From assembly GCA_002633005.1 (NCBI GenBank), contig NMRA01000300.1, positions 160,022 to 224,021 on the forward strand: DNA of 64,000 nt, written 5' to 3'. Source of the stretch: Phoronis australis. Its lineage: Eukaryota; Animalia; Phoronida. The position numbers and the translations under genes are program-made. The notes under the pieces were generated by a model that saw only the letters and a program-made list of their open reading frames with translations, ran no database searches and was not told where the DNA came from. The first letter of the stretch is position 1; each line of letters starts with the position of its first letter. Positions 11,786 through 26,461 of the stretch are shown here, one piece after another.

Positions 11786-14183
11786 TTTAGGTGCCTAACC
11801 TTAGCATATATACAGTTTCTTTTTGGGACAGTCCTAAGTTAAAAAAGATCTGTAACAGCAGAAAGCAAGGCCTATAACTTGACACCGATTTTATAACAGT
11901 AAGAGGATTAAAGTCTATTTTTGTTATTTTTTTCAGCCACAAAACTAGTAGTACTGCAGTTTTAAGCGGAAAAAGTATCTTTAAAATCATCCAGTTAACA
12001 TCAGACGCGTAAATCTGTTGTGGCGTGATCAATCTAAGCTCTGTCCTTTCCTCAGATCATGTTATCTGGACTGTGGACAAGGAAGTTATGTTGCTATGAT
12101 GCGTCCTGATAGCTCTACTGTACACTATGCGTGGGTCAAGATTGTACATGGCCTTGATCATTTATGCCCATAAAAGAACACTAGAGTAACACGCTAGTGC
12201 AGGCTTGCGTACTAAATGTGACCTTGGTTACATGTAGCTGTGCTGGTGATGATGTTTGAGACATCGAAACATGTTGAGTTTGAAAAATCTCCTTACTTTT
12301 ATTAGCGTTATACCCTGTTTCACGCCGTTAAGGATCGCATGTGCTTTACAAACGTTGAAAATTGAGTCATTAATTTTCTAGTGCGTCTGCCATTTGAATT
12401 ATTTGATAGTGTGATGTGCTTGCTAATCACAGTGTCATGGCTCAGAAATATGAGCTTTTAAGGGGTGCGATTGAAAGAGTGCATTTGCCCGGGGCCAGTG
12501 GATTTGCCGCCGGGCCAGCAAAATTTCACCTATAAGCCCTATGTGGATGTGGTCTCATATTCAATAACTCGCCCGGCGGGCCAGCACATTTATTTGCTGA
12601 ATCTCGAACACTGGTTGTGGGCCCTCCTGTCCACCCTCTCTCTACGCCGCTGACCATATGCATATTCATACATGGTATGATTTTGTAGAGAATTACCAAC
12701 ATTTTACAACCCGAGAAGTGCTATTCTATAAAAATGATTTCTGAAAGGAGCTATCCCTTTCTATTTTTATCAGTCGAACAGAAGGTGAAGTGTATTTTTT
12801 CGTTGAAAATCCTTTTAAAATCAATATCCACTCATTTCAAATTTTTATTTCGTAAAATGCGCTCATTTTGAAATTAATTTCCGTATATACGTGTGATAAC
12901 ATTTCAATCAAAACTGCAAAGAAAAATTTTGCCCTGTTGTATAGCGCACATTGGCGTCTTGTTCAGCACTCACCACTGTATGTCGCGAGTAAAGCTGACT
13001 ACAACGCCGTTTTATTCGGCCAGCTGTGGAGGGTCGTTACATGTATGCATATGTCACTTACATGGAAATAACCCCTGAAGATTGCAGAAAGATTTCTCCT
13101 GACAAAGGTTGTACTCTGTTATACTAACATAACGGCAGGCAGTTCTCCAGGGTTGTTAAGAAAACCTTTAAAATGCAAGAACATGTTTAAAGTTTAGAAG
13201 TATTGAGAGAAGATACTCTAAGGTGGACCAGAACAGGTAGGTCAGGCGCTACATGCCGGGTGTGCTTATGCATAACCTAATTGGCTTGTCTATAGCTAAC
13301 AGTCTTGCTAAAGAAATGTGTAAGAAAAGAGAAAACGTTTTACTCACAAGACACAGGTAAATACTTGGTCCCACCTGGTGTAAATAAGAACAGCAATATA
13401 ATGATACTCGTTTGTCGAAGGCCCATAATCGTCTGCAGTGTGCCACAGATGTTGACCTTATAGTTCAGACCGTCATGTGTATTGTAACCTCGATTGAGTA
13501 TATTTCCACCATTACGGATTGCATAAATCAATTTGATATAAAAGTGACAAAGCAAACGAGATGCGTGGCCGTTGGGTCGTTATTACCGTCAGTTGTTGTA
13601 GAAAACCATAGACAAACATTACTATGCCTCAGCAGTGTTCAGCGTAAAAAAGTGGAAGACTAAATCTAATGGCTTACGTCACTCGGTAAAATCCGTGTGT
13701 TTCCTTTCCTGTTTACGATAACTCGCGGTAAGATTCGCACATTTATTTTGGCAGCCGTACATAATAAGGCGGGCAGCTAAGTAGGCTCACAGAATCTCAA
13801 ATCGTTCAATGCCAAAATCTGTTCGAGAGGCGAATTCTTTCCCAACTAACAACTGAAAAATAAGTCACGGATCTTCAATAAACTGTGCCCACATGGAGTA
13901 GCATTCGGCGAAATCGGCACGCCACGGACTTTCTTTTGAAAATCACTGAGGATTCAACGGCTTGACGTAATTTTCGACCTGTCGACACGCGCAGGCAAGA
14001 CACATTTAGTTAAATTTAGGTAATGAGATGAAAATAATCGACTACCAAACAAGGATCTGCGACGTTTAGAAATATTATTTAAAGGTAGTATCAGCACTAT
14101 CTACCACGGTTTATTTCACTGTTTATTTCACTTCCACCACGTTCAGTTAATCGTTTGCCGGAGGATGAGACATGCGCTCTCGA

Positions 14184-14462
14184 AATATACATTGTAGCTA
14201 CTGTAATATAAATTGTAGCTACTGTAATATAAATTGTAGCTACTGTAATATAAATTGTAGCTACTGTAATATAAATTGTAGCTACTGTAATATAAATTGA
14301 AGCTACTGTAATATACATTGTAGCTACTGTAATATAAATTGAAGCTACTGTAATATACATTGTAGCTACTGTAATATAAATTGAAGCTACTGTAATATAC
14401 ATTGTAGCTACTGTAATATAAATTGAAGCTACTGTAATATACAGTGTAGCTACTGTAATATA
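14184..14462. repeat. 21-bp minisatellite (AATATAAATTGTAGCTACTGT, about 13 copies)
   Basis: Direct reading; produces the spurious YITVATI-repeat ORF. Confidence 0.95.
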
Positions 14463-17400
14463 GCTACTTGTTTGTTTGAAGTGTCTGGGCAATTTGATTT
14501 ACATCACACCGGAGACCGGAAATTATACAGAGATTATGAACGAGAGTAACACAAAATACAGTCGTGTTTTTCATCGAATTAGTAACTGTCATAACACAAC
14601 GACTGTTTTACGATTTTTGACAAATTGTGTCGAACCCCCTTAATCACCTCTAATCTGGGTCAGGAAGAAGTTCAGACATGTTTTATAACCAGAAGTCGTC
14701 CTTAACAAAATGTTCTTCTTTGATGGAAAGCGTGATTTTAGGAGTTTCAAGTTTTTGAAAAATGACGAATTGAAGGATTGGATAATACGTCATATTCACA
14801 AGTCATTGTGGGACATGAGCCATCCAAAGCGGAAGCGCCAGTAGACATACGGATGAACGACCTGTAGAGGTCACGTCCTTATACTATCATTTCCTTTAAC
14901 TAGTAGCTGTTCAGTTTATCTAGAAGCGAGTGAACAAGTAAACTCCATTATGAGGTACCATGTTCCCAAACAGACGATTCCCTGTAGCCCAGATTAAACG
15001 ACATATACATTTATGCCCCGAGATGAGCACACAGTGGCTGATCTAGAATATCACAAGGGGGGGCAACATTTTGTCTGTAAACATTTGCTCAAAGCACGAT
15101 TGTAGATGCGCCCAGGAAATCAAGCATTTTCCTTGATTCCCGAAGTATTATCCAAGAAAAAAAGGCAACAAAAAAGAAGAAGGTGTCAATCAGGAAAAAC
15201 TGCAAGTACCACAGACTCACGACCTAGAGGATAGAGCGCACGTGCTTTCCCACTGCACCACCACGATTTAAATTCCTCACTTGATACTAAGAGATCTACT
15301 TGTTTATGGTCCACAGCGTTTGCGCGCGAACCTCCTTCTTTCTGTAATGCTTATTACATGTTGTAGGCCTATATTTTGTGCAATCAGTTTGTAATAAATT
15401 TGTTGCATTTAAAATAGTCTTCAATTGCCCAAAAGACCAAATCTGTTTTTTGTGTTGGCAGTAATGACGCGATTGCTTTGGAAATCGTCTTAAGTTAAGG
15501 TTTGACAAAGCGAGAATTATGAGTTTCTGAGTGATTCACTAAGGCTTCGTTAAAAATTCACATCTTACCAGCAGCTTCAGTTTTTTCACCATCACTCAGA
15601 TTCCATTTTCTTTAAAAAATGAAATAATTTTCTTCATTGCACAGTGAAGCAGACGACAGAAACGGAGTCGTAGTGCCCAGCGCCACTGCCGGTCGCCTGA
15701 GATATTGAGGGAGAGCCTATACTTAGCCATAGTTCCGCTACGATTGCGCCGTGTTCCGACATTCGACTTAATGTACCCCGTCACCTGTTTTGTTAATGAA
15801 AAGACTCTCTCGAACCCAATGTGTATCGTTCGCGTTATCATGTGAAAAAAACACCCACGTTATCTTGTGGTTATGATTCTCGCTTCAGATTGGTGAATCT
15901 GTGTCCAGCTATGTCACCATCGGTTTACCAACTCTGAAATTCTTCGTCACGAGACTTTTACTAACGTGACAGGGCGATATATTCCATTTTCTTGGTGTGT
16001 AATTTGAAGGAAAGAGAAAAAAATCCAACAATTCATAGCATATAACTCCAAAATTTCTGTGTTTGCCCTGATATCTCGCGTCTACATTTTATTGTACACC
16101 AACCCCCCCCCCCCACCCCGGCTTCGACAATTAACTTTGAGAAAGGTTAATGGGAAGAAAATGGGTAGAGTTTATAACTCGATGGAGTTAAATTAGGAAG
16201 TGTGACGTATATGTCGTTTATTTTGTGATGACCTTATCGTCTGCCCTGCTAATCATATGTTCTTGGGCCAAGTAGTGTTGAGACAATCCAGATTGTCGGT
16301 GTTTCTAGTGACATCTGCCGGGGCATTAATGGTTGTGTACATGATCATCAAATCTAAAAATACGAACGAAGCCTGCACAGGTGGTGACAACTGTTTATAG
16401 TTACATGCAATCATTGCTATTCCAAGAATCTAGTCATGTGAAAGACGTCAATACGTAATTTTGTACAAATGTACAAATAAATGTCTGAATTTTCTGGCAG
16501 GGAATTCTCTCTTCGGTATGATAAATTGTCAGTTATTGTTGCTTACATTTAATTTTTAAACTTAGTACCAACAAAGCTTCGGTTTGGCTTGCTACTACTA
16601 CAGTAACTGTAGGCGATGTACACGTGACTAGATACCAGCAAATGGACTGGGTCTGTTTGGAACCAGCGTGCGTTGATCAACTTCAGAAATTAAACTATGA
16701 CCTGCCAGTGGTTTGCGCATACATCTTTTCTGGGTATGCGTACCGAAAATAAAAGCTAATTGTGTGAGTACCCTTAAACTGGGTGATTCAATACTTTAAA
16801 AATTTAAAATAAAAACCATGTCTTTCCTCTTACAGAAAAATAGTCACGCATAATCCTTAAACATCACACAATTGTCACTTCAGCTTGTTTGCCCTCAGTC
16901 TAATTAGAGCATTAACATTCATTCCACTCAGAACCCTAGCGGCATATTTATTAACCAATTGTATTCGCTTCCTGTTAACAATTATAGAATGTCCGGCACA
17001 AGCCGCAAAACTCCCGAAGATTACACGATCGGCCAGTTGTTAGAGCATCAACATTCGAATTGGTGAATACCAGTACCCCAAATGTGACGTCATGAACAAA
17101 ATCGCTCCTGACTCACACCAATCATCCATGCATTCATCACCTTGTGAACAGAAATGCTACTCAGTTGAAGTTTCGTATTTGTAAAATATATGAACAAGAC
17201 AATCAAAAACCTATCCTAAATGTTTTTTGTTTGTTTTGGGTAGGCTAACAACACGTGCCATGCCTTAATCAAAGATGAATACCAAAACAAGATTGGCCTC
17301 CCTAAATGGTGAGAGGACGCTGAACATGTCACTATGAGAAAAATGTTAATTGCGGGTGAATTTTTGTCATTTCGATTCTGGCAATACCTAGTTACAACGC

Positions 17401-17874
17401 TATAAAGCTATGTTATTAAACGGCAGGAGGACAGGCTAGATTTTGTCAGTATCACGGTTTGTTAGCCATGTACACTTGGCCCGATTGCTTACAAAAGTCG
17501 CGCATCGTCATCTTGCATAGACCATAACAGTCTCACAATCAACACCGGTTTTGTGGTGGGCCTCTCATGGGAGTTCGTTGGCAATGAATTTGTCCAATCG
17601 GAATCGAGAACATCTTATCAATTTTGATTGACCAAACATAATTTAAGATATTATTCCTGATCTCATACAAACACTGACACAGCGTGCTGCTTCATATTAC
17701 CGAAATATGTTCACGCGACTCACCCAAAATATTACTAACAAAACCGAATGACTGCTTGTAAATGACTCTTTTCCAACGGCAGAGCGAACAGTCACAGTTG
17801 ACCTGCAGACATGTACAAATCAAAAAAATCAATAACTATTGGGAGGATTCTCATCAACAGTTAGACAAACTTAG

Positions 17875-17985
17875 CCTGGACCAAGTGCCTCTAGACCATG
17901 TGCCTTTGGATCACGTGCCTCTGGGGAATTTTTTCTGTGGACCACGTGTCTCTGGACCATGTTTCCTCTGGACCACGTGCCTCTA
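17875..17985. repeat. 15-bp degenerate tandem repeat (CTGGACCACGTGCCT)
   Basis: About 7 imperfect copies. Confidence 0.75.
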
Positions 17986-20399
17986 TCGCCATGTACACGG
18001 ATACTCATCCAGCCACTTCTCTTATACTGACTTACTGTCGTGTAAGAAGTTGGACAGCGTAGATACATGCAGTGGTCGTTTTCCGTTCACGATTATTGCG
18101 CATGAGTACGGCAATCGGATACGAAAAGCACACTGTGTCGACAGCGCGAGACAATATATATATACACAAAGGATTGTGGGATAGCGGTCAACCAAATGAG
18201 AACCGCTCCTGCACGTAGATATATAAATGATTCGTAGAAATCGTTCCATCGCAGTGGTGTTTCAAGTGGTCAGAAGTTCAGATGATCTCAGATGTCAAAG
18301 GTAGCACATGCCCAAAACCAATTACCAGGTTACCGAGCAGACGACCGACCGGTGCGCGACACTTTATGTATTCTACAGTGCGTGACTCTTGCATCTCCCA
18401 AATAAACGCTATGCCATGCGCACGTGTCAATTTTTGCTATCCGTAAAAAACGGGAACACGTCCGGTTTCAACAGGGATCAAATCAACCTACCCATAAGTA
18501 CACATACATACATATGCAGTATTCACATGCATTACATGGACGGAGGATATATAGCTATGGTACGTGTAGCTGTCATGCAACGCCTAAAAAGTTGGTATTT
18601 GTTATCATTGAAATTAAGGGTTCTATTAGAGAAAAACTCATGATCAAGATACGTTAACAGAAAATTATATCACTTCAGAGATGAAATTATGTTTACACGT
18701 ACGCTGAAATTTACGGAACACAACTGAGTCCTTATTCGGGCGTGCAACCGGCTTTATCGCTGTACGTTGTATGTCGCTGCAGTAGGACTGGTGCACAAAG
18801 GCCAGATTTGGAACCCTACTCGTTTTATATTTTGTTATTCAAGGAGTATCGGTTTGTAAACCTAATCACGGTTAATTTTGTCTTTTTAAGAGGACAACTT
18901 TGTTAACATTCAAGCGCTTTCGTGATGAAAATAATAAATTAAGTTTTCTAACTTGTTTTTTTTTTACCCGTGGATACATGCATGTGTTTGATGATACACT
19001 AGAGTAACGAGAACACGACGGTAACTTCCGATTGATCCCGATTCAAATTTGCTGGTCAGAAATTCAACTACATGGTTTGATTAGTTGAAGTTCAATAATT
19101 TATTTTAGGATTTTTGACAACGGCTGGGACCGACATTCTCCCTATTTATCAGCTGCAGCCATTGGCTTGTCGCGCATACATCTTCACAATGGGAAATATA
19201 TGGAACAGCGTGTCCTTTCTCATCAACTGATATTTCAGATGGTTTATCTGTTTTCATAAGACATTCTTACATCCCGGAATTATAAGCCATTAGCAGGACA
19301 ATAAAAACATATAGCTTGCCAAATCGTGTTTGGCATCAACATTTAGACTAGTTAGCAATTTGCGGCGTCAACACAAGGAATCGCCGTTATCCATAATATT
19401 GCATTATCTAATTCATTATTAAAGAGTTCATGTTGCATCCTGGGTCACGTGATGTGCGCTAAACTAAAACAGCGTGTCTAAAATAGCCAATTCGGATGAA
19501 CCATCCAAACAACCCACGTAGATAGCAGATGTTGTGAGATTTTTGATTAATTATTTAAAATGTTAAGTTGTGGCTGCTGCGGTATGATGCATGGGTAAAT
19601 ATTTTTAAAGTGCCTCGATGGAAACTAATTTTCGGAAACAAATACTGTCAGAAAGACTGTTGTGACAAAGTATTTCTTGAGAATAGAAGGGTTGGTGACA
19701 TTGTACGAGAGACCGTGATGTAGTCATAACAATAACACTCGACAAATCGAAAGATCGGCTGGAAAGAGTTCAAAACCTCCAGTTATTAGAACGTAAACTA
19801 TTAATTGACTAAAATAATTTACAAAATTAATAAGCGCATTGTAATACAAAGTGCTATGTTTAAACTATTTACTATTTAGGAAATTATAGAAAGTGATCAT
19901 AAAAAGTGACGGTTGGAAAAAGGATCTCGTAATAAGTGTAAAGAAAATACGAACAGCCAAACTGCACAAAATTACTTGTCTACGGAAATTAACTAATTAA
20001 ACAATAACGACACTGCTGGGACAGATTTGGAAAACTTCTTCAGATTTCATGGGTTTAAAACCAAAAAACCAAACAAATAAAACGTGTTTTAATAACTGTG
20101 GACCGGACAGTGTACAAATGAATCTTAAAGAACGTGTATGTAACGCAGCAAATGAAAAGTGATCAAAGGTCTGTGGTAAAAATATAAGTAAATAATTGTA
20201 AATTAGAATGCTGTCGTAATCAAGCTAAACAAACATCAAGGCGTCGATGAGTGCTGGACAACAACTACGCGGATACAATGGGAATAATAGTTTTAAGAAT
20301 TATTACATCAAACTATTCACGGGAAATACCGATTTCCTCAGCCACATCGAAGGCCAACATTAAAACCACGACAGTTATTGGTAAATGTCCTGATAAGCA

Positions 20400-20700
20400 A
20401 CTGCATGCATTCAACAAAGCGGTGTGCATACTGATAGACGGCACCCCACGAGAGCTCATTAAAAAACGCGAAAGCTCGTCAAAAATATTTTTTTATACAA
20501 TTTCTGACGAAAGTACCACCTCGAAGTCTACTAGAGAGTTATTCAATCTCCCGTGTGAGAGAGTTTCCAGAAAACATCGCAAAATTAACGATTTTTGAAA
20601 TTCGCACTTAGGGAAATCTCTTACTGACCACAGAATTTCTGATCTCCTCCCACTTGTGATAAATGCGCGCATGCGCCCAGTCATTCGACCAACAACTGAC
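20400..20700 (+). mobile_element. Fragment of a DNA-transposon subterminal region, homologous to 42085-42400
   Basis: Collinear blocks shared with 42170-42390: CGCGAAA-CTCGT, ACGAAAGTAC, TTTCCAGAAAA, TTTTTGAAA and TGATAAATGCGCGCATGCGC-CAGTCATTCGAC. Confidence 0.65.
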
Positions 20701-21560
20701 TGACAAGACGGATATTAATGACAGATTATCACGAGTGATGGCACTCCGAATGTAAGGTAGACAGAACAGTATGAGGCAAGCCAGTGAAGCAAGCGATTTC
20801 CAAGAAATAATCCCAAGTGCATTTTAGAGTATATTTGAATACTATGACACCTTTATAATTAATTCTATACGGTTAGGACGTACACGAGTTGCCTCTTAAA
20901 AGGACTGTCTGCTGCTTGAAGTCGCAAATCCACATGTTGCTTATAATTATAGAGTTATATCCTTATCAAACAGTTCAAGTAAGGCTTTCTTCAATATTAT
21001 AAATAAAGAATTGCATCTTAGGCAAATGCATGCCGGCTACATTAAAGGCTAAAGTATTATTACATCTCTCCAGGCTCTCACAAGATGTAGATGTTATGTT
21101 TTATTTGAAGATTTAAAAAAAATCGACAACCTTTGTTTCGCTGTTTAATTTAAAATGATATTCATGGAAATATTTGACCGGTTCTATAGCCATTACCTGA
21201 AAACTTGAATGATGCGTTAGGATGAAGGGTAGGCATACTGACACTTTTCACTGTAATGTTGGTGTACATCAGGGGTTTGTGTTAAACCGGTTTTAATTTA
21301 CTATTTTTCTCAATGACGTAATTGAATCATTGAAAATATCAGACCGTCAGGGTGTTTTGATGACGACCAGTCGCCGGTTACTTTACATCTTCTGTATATA
21401 GACAACACGGCTAATATCTGATATTTAAATACAGTTTGTGTTCATAATTTTCTGTGATAAAGTAATGAAGGTATGACGACAAACATGGCTGTTTTGAGAA
21501 AAGGTGGACGATTAAAAAGTGAAAAAATGGTTTTACATGTCACATGACATTAAAGTGGTT

Positions 21561-21811
21561 GCATGTACGCATGTGCACACACAGTTCCTACTTTTGGAAC
21601 GTCATGTACGCATGTGCATACAGAGTGCCTTCTTTGGGAACGTCATGTACGCATGTGCATACAGAGTGTCTACTTTGGGAACGTCATGTACGCATGCGCA
21701 TACAGAGTGCCTACTTTGGGAACGTCATGTACGCATGTGCATTCACAGTGCCTACTTTGGGAACGTCATGTACGCATGTGCATACACAGTGCCTACTTTG
21801 GGAACGTCATG
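21561..21811. repeat. 41-bp minisatellite (GAACGTCATGTACGCATGTGCATACAGAGTGCCTACTTTGG, about 6 copies)
   Basis: GTCATG at 21601, 21642 and onward, with period 41. Confidence 0.95.
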
Positions 21812-22950
21812 GTTAAAAACGTTGACGAATTCGCATTAAAGGCTAAGAAAGACATGTTGAATGTCATTCGCTTTGAAAAGTACATGTACGTTGATGGACG
21901 TACCTTGTATCAGCTTTACAGATTTTTCATAGTGTCATAGATCCTTATCTCGTGTTATGGTTCACAGATTTGTGATTTTCAGCAAAACAATGCCGTGCAA
22001 AATGTTCAAGAAAAAGTGTGTAAGCTCATTTCAAGAGTAGGTGGTAATGCCACTGATGCCGCTGTATTATGGGAATTAGGACGGCATACCCTCGGCACAC
22101 CTGCACTTGTTATTTTACAAGACGTGTGAATTGATGGCTGTAAGTGCAAGAAATGCCTGACTGCACATGAGTATATGACGCAAATTGTCACATGTTGAAA
22201 AGACTGGACGACGTTGGTAGGTAAGCGTGGCTAAGATGAAAAAGAATTCTATAAATACGGGTCTGGTAATGTTTGGCTGGAGCACGTTGTAGGCTACAAC
22301 GATACTTTATTAAAATACTCACTTAAAGAGTAAGAGACTGTGTCTTTAAGACAGCAGAGAGCAGTGTGTTCAAAATCGACTAATTGGAACTACTTACTGA
22401 CCCCCATAAGAATATAAAAGTGGCCGAATGTTTGAAGGTTTTAAAATGTGTTGGTCTCAGAAAAAAATAACAAGAATCGGTTTTCGAAACTTTTTCACAA
22501 TCCAAAATCCTGTAGTGGATCTACGTTATACTATACTACTTTTCAGAGGTTTATTTTCACAAATTGGTACCGTTTTCAGAACTGTATTTAGTGCAGTGTT
22601 AGCCAGAATCTTTTTGATTAGTATGCGCGCGAAATAAGTGTGAAATGCCTTTACGATCGAGAAGACAATCGATAAAAATCGCTTTGGGAATAATCCATGT
22701 TATGCTTACAATATTTCTCACATGACTTGGAATGTGTTAATACGATTGGATATTACATGGGCGAATCACAAAGTAGTGCAAAGTAGAAATCCATATGAGT
22801 TACATTTAATCGTCAGCAATACTCTAAAATAACCAAACGCGCGCCAACAAACCACGCCGGATTCCCGAAAAGGTGACAAGGTTATGATTGACAAATCGGG
22901 TGTAGCAACTATACGCGTTCCCAGTCGGAAGGATATGCAAACAACTTCTT

Positions 22951-23251
22951 CATAGGCGGATTTAGGGGGGCAGGGGGCCCGCCTCCTCCCCCCTTGGCTG
23001 CCGCAAGTAAATTGAAACAGCAACAGCGTGAAGCGCGAAGAAATATTGAGTTCATTAACTAGATCCGGTAGTGGCAGAATCGTGTTCCCGTTTTTTTTTA
23101 GTCCATCGATACATTTTCTGAACAAAAGGTCCACATCCCTGGCTCCCGCAACCTTCGACTTTCGGGCCGCCCTTGCATATACAATAGCGCTTTACCCAAT
23201 TCCCCGAGGCAACATGTTGGCCCCCCTCATGGTATCCTAGATCCGTCACTG
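22951..23251 (+). mobile_element. MITE family 2 (hAT-like termini CATAGGCGGA.../...GATCCGTCACTG)
   Basis: Related copies at 34102-34340 and, inverted, 51096-51310 share AAACAGCAA-AGCGTGAAGCG-GA. Similar ends occur at 15033, 24889-25036 and about 63081-63243. Confidence 0.7.
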
Positions 23252-23839
23252 AGAAAAACGGACCCATCTTCGGCGGCAATTTCCATATCCACACGTCACT
23301 AAGCTGAAAACTAAAACAACCTGAGTTACACGAACTATCAAGGACAAAATAAAAGACAAGAAAAAAAACATGGAGGAATCTAAATTTCAAAGAGAGACTT
23401 CATAGGTGTACTGTTGACTCCCGGAAGTTGACTACAATGCAATGCGAAATTAACTAAGTGATAAACTTCAACATTTTCCTGACAACAACTACAGCAGTTT
23501 AATGCAAGTAAAATTGAGACTTCGAAACGTTTAACAAAGTTTCACGTAATAACGTTATAACTTCTTCTTTAACACGCAAAACATTTGTTTTATAAATATA
23601 GATGTATACATACATATGCATAAACATATAGGTTATCCCACATACAAAGAAATACTACTGCCATATTCCATCGAGAACTCATTTCATCTGGGAATGTCCC
23701 AACGAGACCGAGCTCAATCAAATTTGGCGTTGCACAAGCGAAGTTACTCTACAAAGAGACTACTCACCAACCATGAAATACGGCTTCTACCGTTGATATA
23801 CGGATTGGCTCTACTTTCCTGTATGTCACAGTTTAGAAA

Positions 23840-24004
23840 GTGACTTATACCACAATAGCAGCCTCGAATAGCCATTACAACCGTGTAATAAACCCAATTA
23901 GTTATCTCACTAGTGAAATAACATTTTGGCGGGAATCGAGGCGAGTTTCGAACCCGGTGCGCAAGTTTCGAGTCGTTGACTTGACCACTGCACCATTCAG
24001 CGGC
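23840..24004 (-). mobile_element. tRNA-derived SINE (Pol III A and B boxes)
   Basis: Minus strand reads GCCGCTGAA-TGGTGCAGTGG (A box)...GGGTTCGAAACTC (B box) with tRNA-like spacing but no full cloverleaf. Weaker similar heads occur at about 15205-15265 (-) and 48395-48450 (+). Confidence 0.55.
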
Positions 24005-25436
24005 TGACGTCATCGAACGTGAAAATAGAATACTTAAATGACCACGCGCAACAATCGCATGTTTAACAAAAGGCATTGTACCGACATTTTTACGCTATGA
24101 AAACTAAGACGCATAATTTCCATAAAAACGACATTTTAATTCAGTGAAATTTAACTCTCACGTTCTCTCACTTGTAAGTCACCGATCTCCAATTTGAATG
24201 CGGGTATCGTGTCGTCGGGATCCTTCGACTTGAGCATTATACTCAGTTACCAGTGGCAACCTACTTTAGCAGACGATATTTTCTCGGTCGAAGTTTAGTG
24301 TGATAAACTGTGTAGTAAGCTATAATAGTTGCTAAGCCTTAATCCATAGATTCACTTTCTTTCCATTTTGTTCAAATTTTCAATTGTTTTAGAGTAAAGG
24401 CATTATTTGAAAAAAATAGCTCGGCTTTTCTAAAAGGTCACGACCTCCGACCCCGGGCCTCTGACACAGAAAGTAGTTACAAAGTCGAGGCGAGTCGAGA
24501 AAGGAAGATCGATTCATTGCAATGTTTCTCGTTCAGTATGTGGTATAAATAGATTTACCATGCGATGCTCGGGTCCTCCAGGTACCTTTGTACCTGCACT
24601 GTTATGTAGTGCAATTTCCCTTGTAGTTAAGGCATAGCCGTGTCTGGTAGGTGGCCGTGGTATGGTGTCAATAGAAGTGCCTGTAATGTACAGCAACCAC
24701 AATATGGAGGCAAATCTGGGAATGGCATCGGTCCATTTCTTATTAGTTGCGACTAGCTTTTTCTCCTTCTTCTCCCACTCCTTTACCAGGGTCACGTCCC
24801 CCACGCGGGTTATGGCGGTGGACAGGATTGTTCATCCATGAACAGCCCTACCCATATGGCCACAACACCACGTTTCTTACAGTGTCTCCAGGGGCGAATC
24901 CAGGATTTTGAGTTAGGGGGGCCAGGGCAGAGTATTAGCCAGGATTTTTCCCCTCAGACATTCGCACCCTCGAACTGCCAAATGGAATCTGGGAGAATTT
25001 TAGGGGGGCCACGGCCCCATTCTAAATCCGCCACTGGTCTGTTTTTATCACTCCGGCAGGTCTGCTCATTCAGCTTGTCTGGATCCTGCTTTGCAGATTG
25101 TTATTGCCCAGTTGGCTGTTTGGTGTACCCACTTGGTACTTTACATGATATTTGCCCATTTTGCAGTTTGTACCCACTCGGTACTTGTTATTGACTTTCC
25201 CGTTTTGCTGGACCCAGTTGGTATTATGTACCCATTTGGTACTATGCTAACCTGTGCCACTTAGTATCCGATACTCAATTACACTTTGGGTATCGGAAAT
25301 GTGTGTGTTATCTCTTGTAATTAAGGAACCCATCTGGTTCCTTCTGTGAAATATTTATTTGTAGAGCTGTGACCCTGAAATTCCCAATACAACTTAAAAT
25401 ATATATTATTCTTTTTGTTTTATTTGTCCCCAATAA

Positions 25437-25583
25437 ATAGATTATTACATGTTCTCAGTCGTTATCTCACGTATCTGGAGAATTATCGCCCTCGCGGTTG
25501 ACGCCCCTCGGGCGATAATTCTCCAAAATCCACTCGGGCTCTAGAATATAGGGGATAACGACTGAGAACATGTAATAATCTAT
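25437..25583. mobile_element. Palindromic MITE about 600 bp upstream of the TGF-beta-family ATG
   Basis: Perfect 30-bp TIR ATAGATTATTACATGTTCTCAGTCGTTATC / GATAACGACTGAGAACATGTAATAATCTAT, plus an inner 15-bp inverted repeat GGAGAATTATCGCCC / GGGCGATAATTCTCC. Confidence 0.85.
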
Positions 25584-26181
25584 ATGTATACAACATCCGT
25601 ATTTTCAAATATATGGGATAAATATACATATACATATACATATATATATAATGGTGAGTACTCCACAGCAGTGCGCTACTTTTCTCGGAAACTTTCGCAC
25701 AAAACTCTGCTGCCCAAAGAATCTGAACTCGTCATTTTAACAACAGATTCTTAAACCTAAGTGCTCTCAGTGGATTGCCGCAGACGACTTTGCAGCTGCA
25801 TGTAATAGAATACAAAAAACAGGAATTACAAATTTCGTGAGAAAAATTTCGTGACTTAAAATTACCGCGATCTCCATGAAAAAACAAAACGAAACGCGGT
25901 CACGTGACTACTAGCGAAAGATCATAATTTTTTAAATATTGCATTTTTGCAATCATTAAGTATTTGAAAAAGATGTAGTTTCACGGTGCACCATCGGCAT
26001 TTAAAAAGAAATAAAAGAAATTTATTAAAAAATTGATACCATGGGTAATAGAGGCACGGAAAATATCTTAAAGTTCAAAAATCGTCGGCAAGGTCAAAGG
26101 CTTTTCTAGACTATTGAAATGTCAAATAAAAGCGACAGTAGATAATTACGATCACATTCTTAAGGCTGATAAGCAACAAAT

Positions 26182-26461
26182 ATGCACGTGCTGACAGCTG
26201 TTATGGTGACGGTCATTGTCCAGCTCCGTACACAAAACACAAACAGTTATTCAGACGATCGACCCGTTTGGAATTTCGATGACGTGCTGGAGGCCAAACG
26301 AATTTTTCAGCGCAGGCATGTTGTCGCCGAGGCTCGAAATAGACTTCATCCTTACCTCTTGTTGACCTACGCTGTCTACACAAAGATTTCTTCCGAGTCA
26401 GAATTGAAAACCTGCCCCAGTTGTCCGTCATCCATTACCGCCAGGAGTCTGAAGGTTTCGG
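26182..26461 (+). CDS. Exon 1 of divergent TGF-beta/BMP-superfamily ligand (signal peptide and N-terminal prodomain)
   Basis: ATG with hydrophobic MHVLTAVMVTVIVQL. HPYLLLTY matches the PxYMLxLY prodomain helix, and ITARSL matches NTVRSF/IIRSL. Ends at consensus donor G|gtgagt in phase 1 (280 nt). Confidence 0.8.

Noticed and set aside
14097-14492. YITVATI-repeat protein (antifreeze/beta-solenoid-like)
   Set aside because: A stop-free 21-bp minisatellite with no splice signals or non-repetitive coding context.
21519-21940. Cys/His-rich ORFs in three frames, or a CRISPR-like 41-bp array
   Set aside because: These are translations of a spacer-less 41-bp minisatellite.
23930-24004. Functional tRNA gene
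   Set aside because: A and B boxes are present, but there are no convincing acceptor or anticodon stems; treated as a SINE head.
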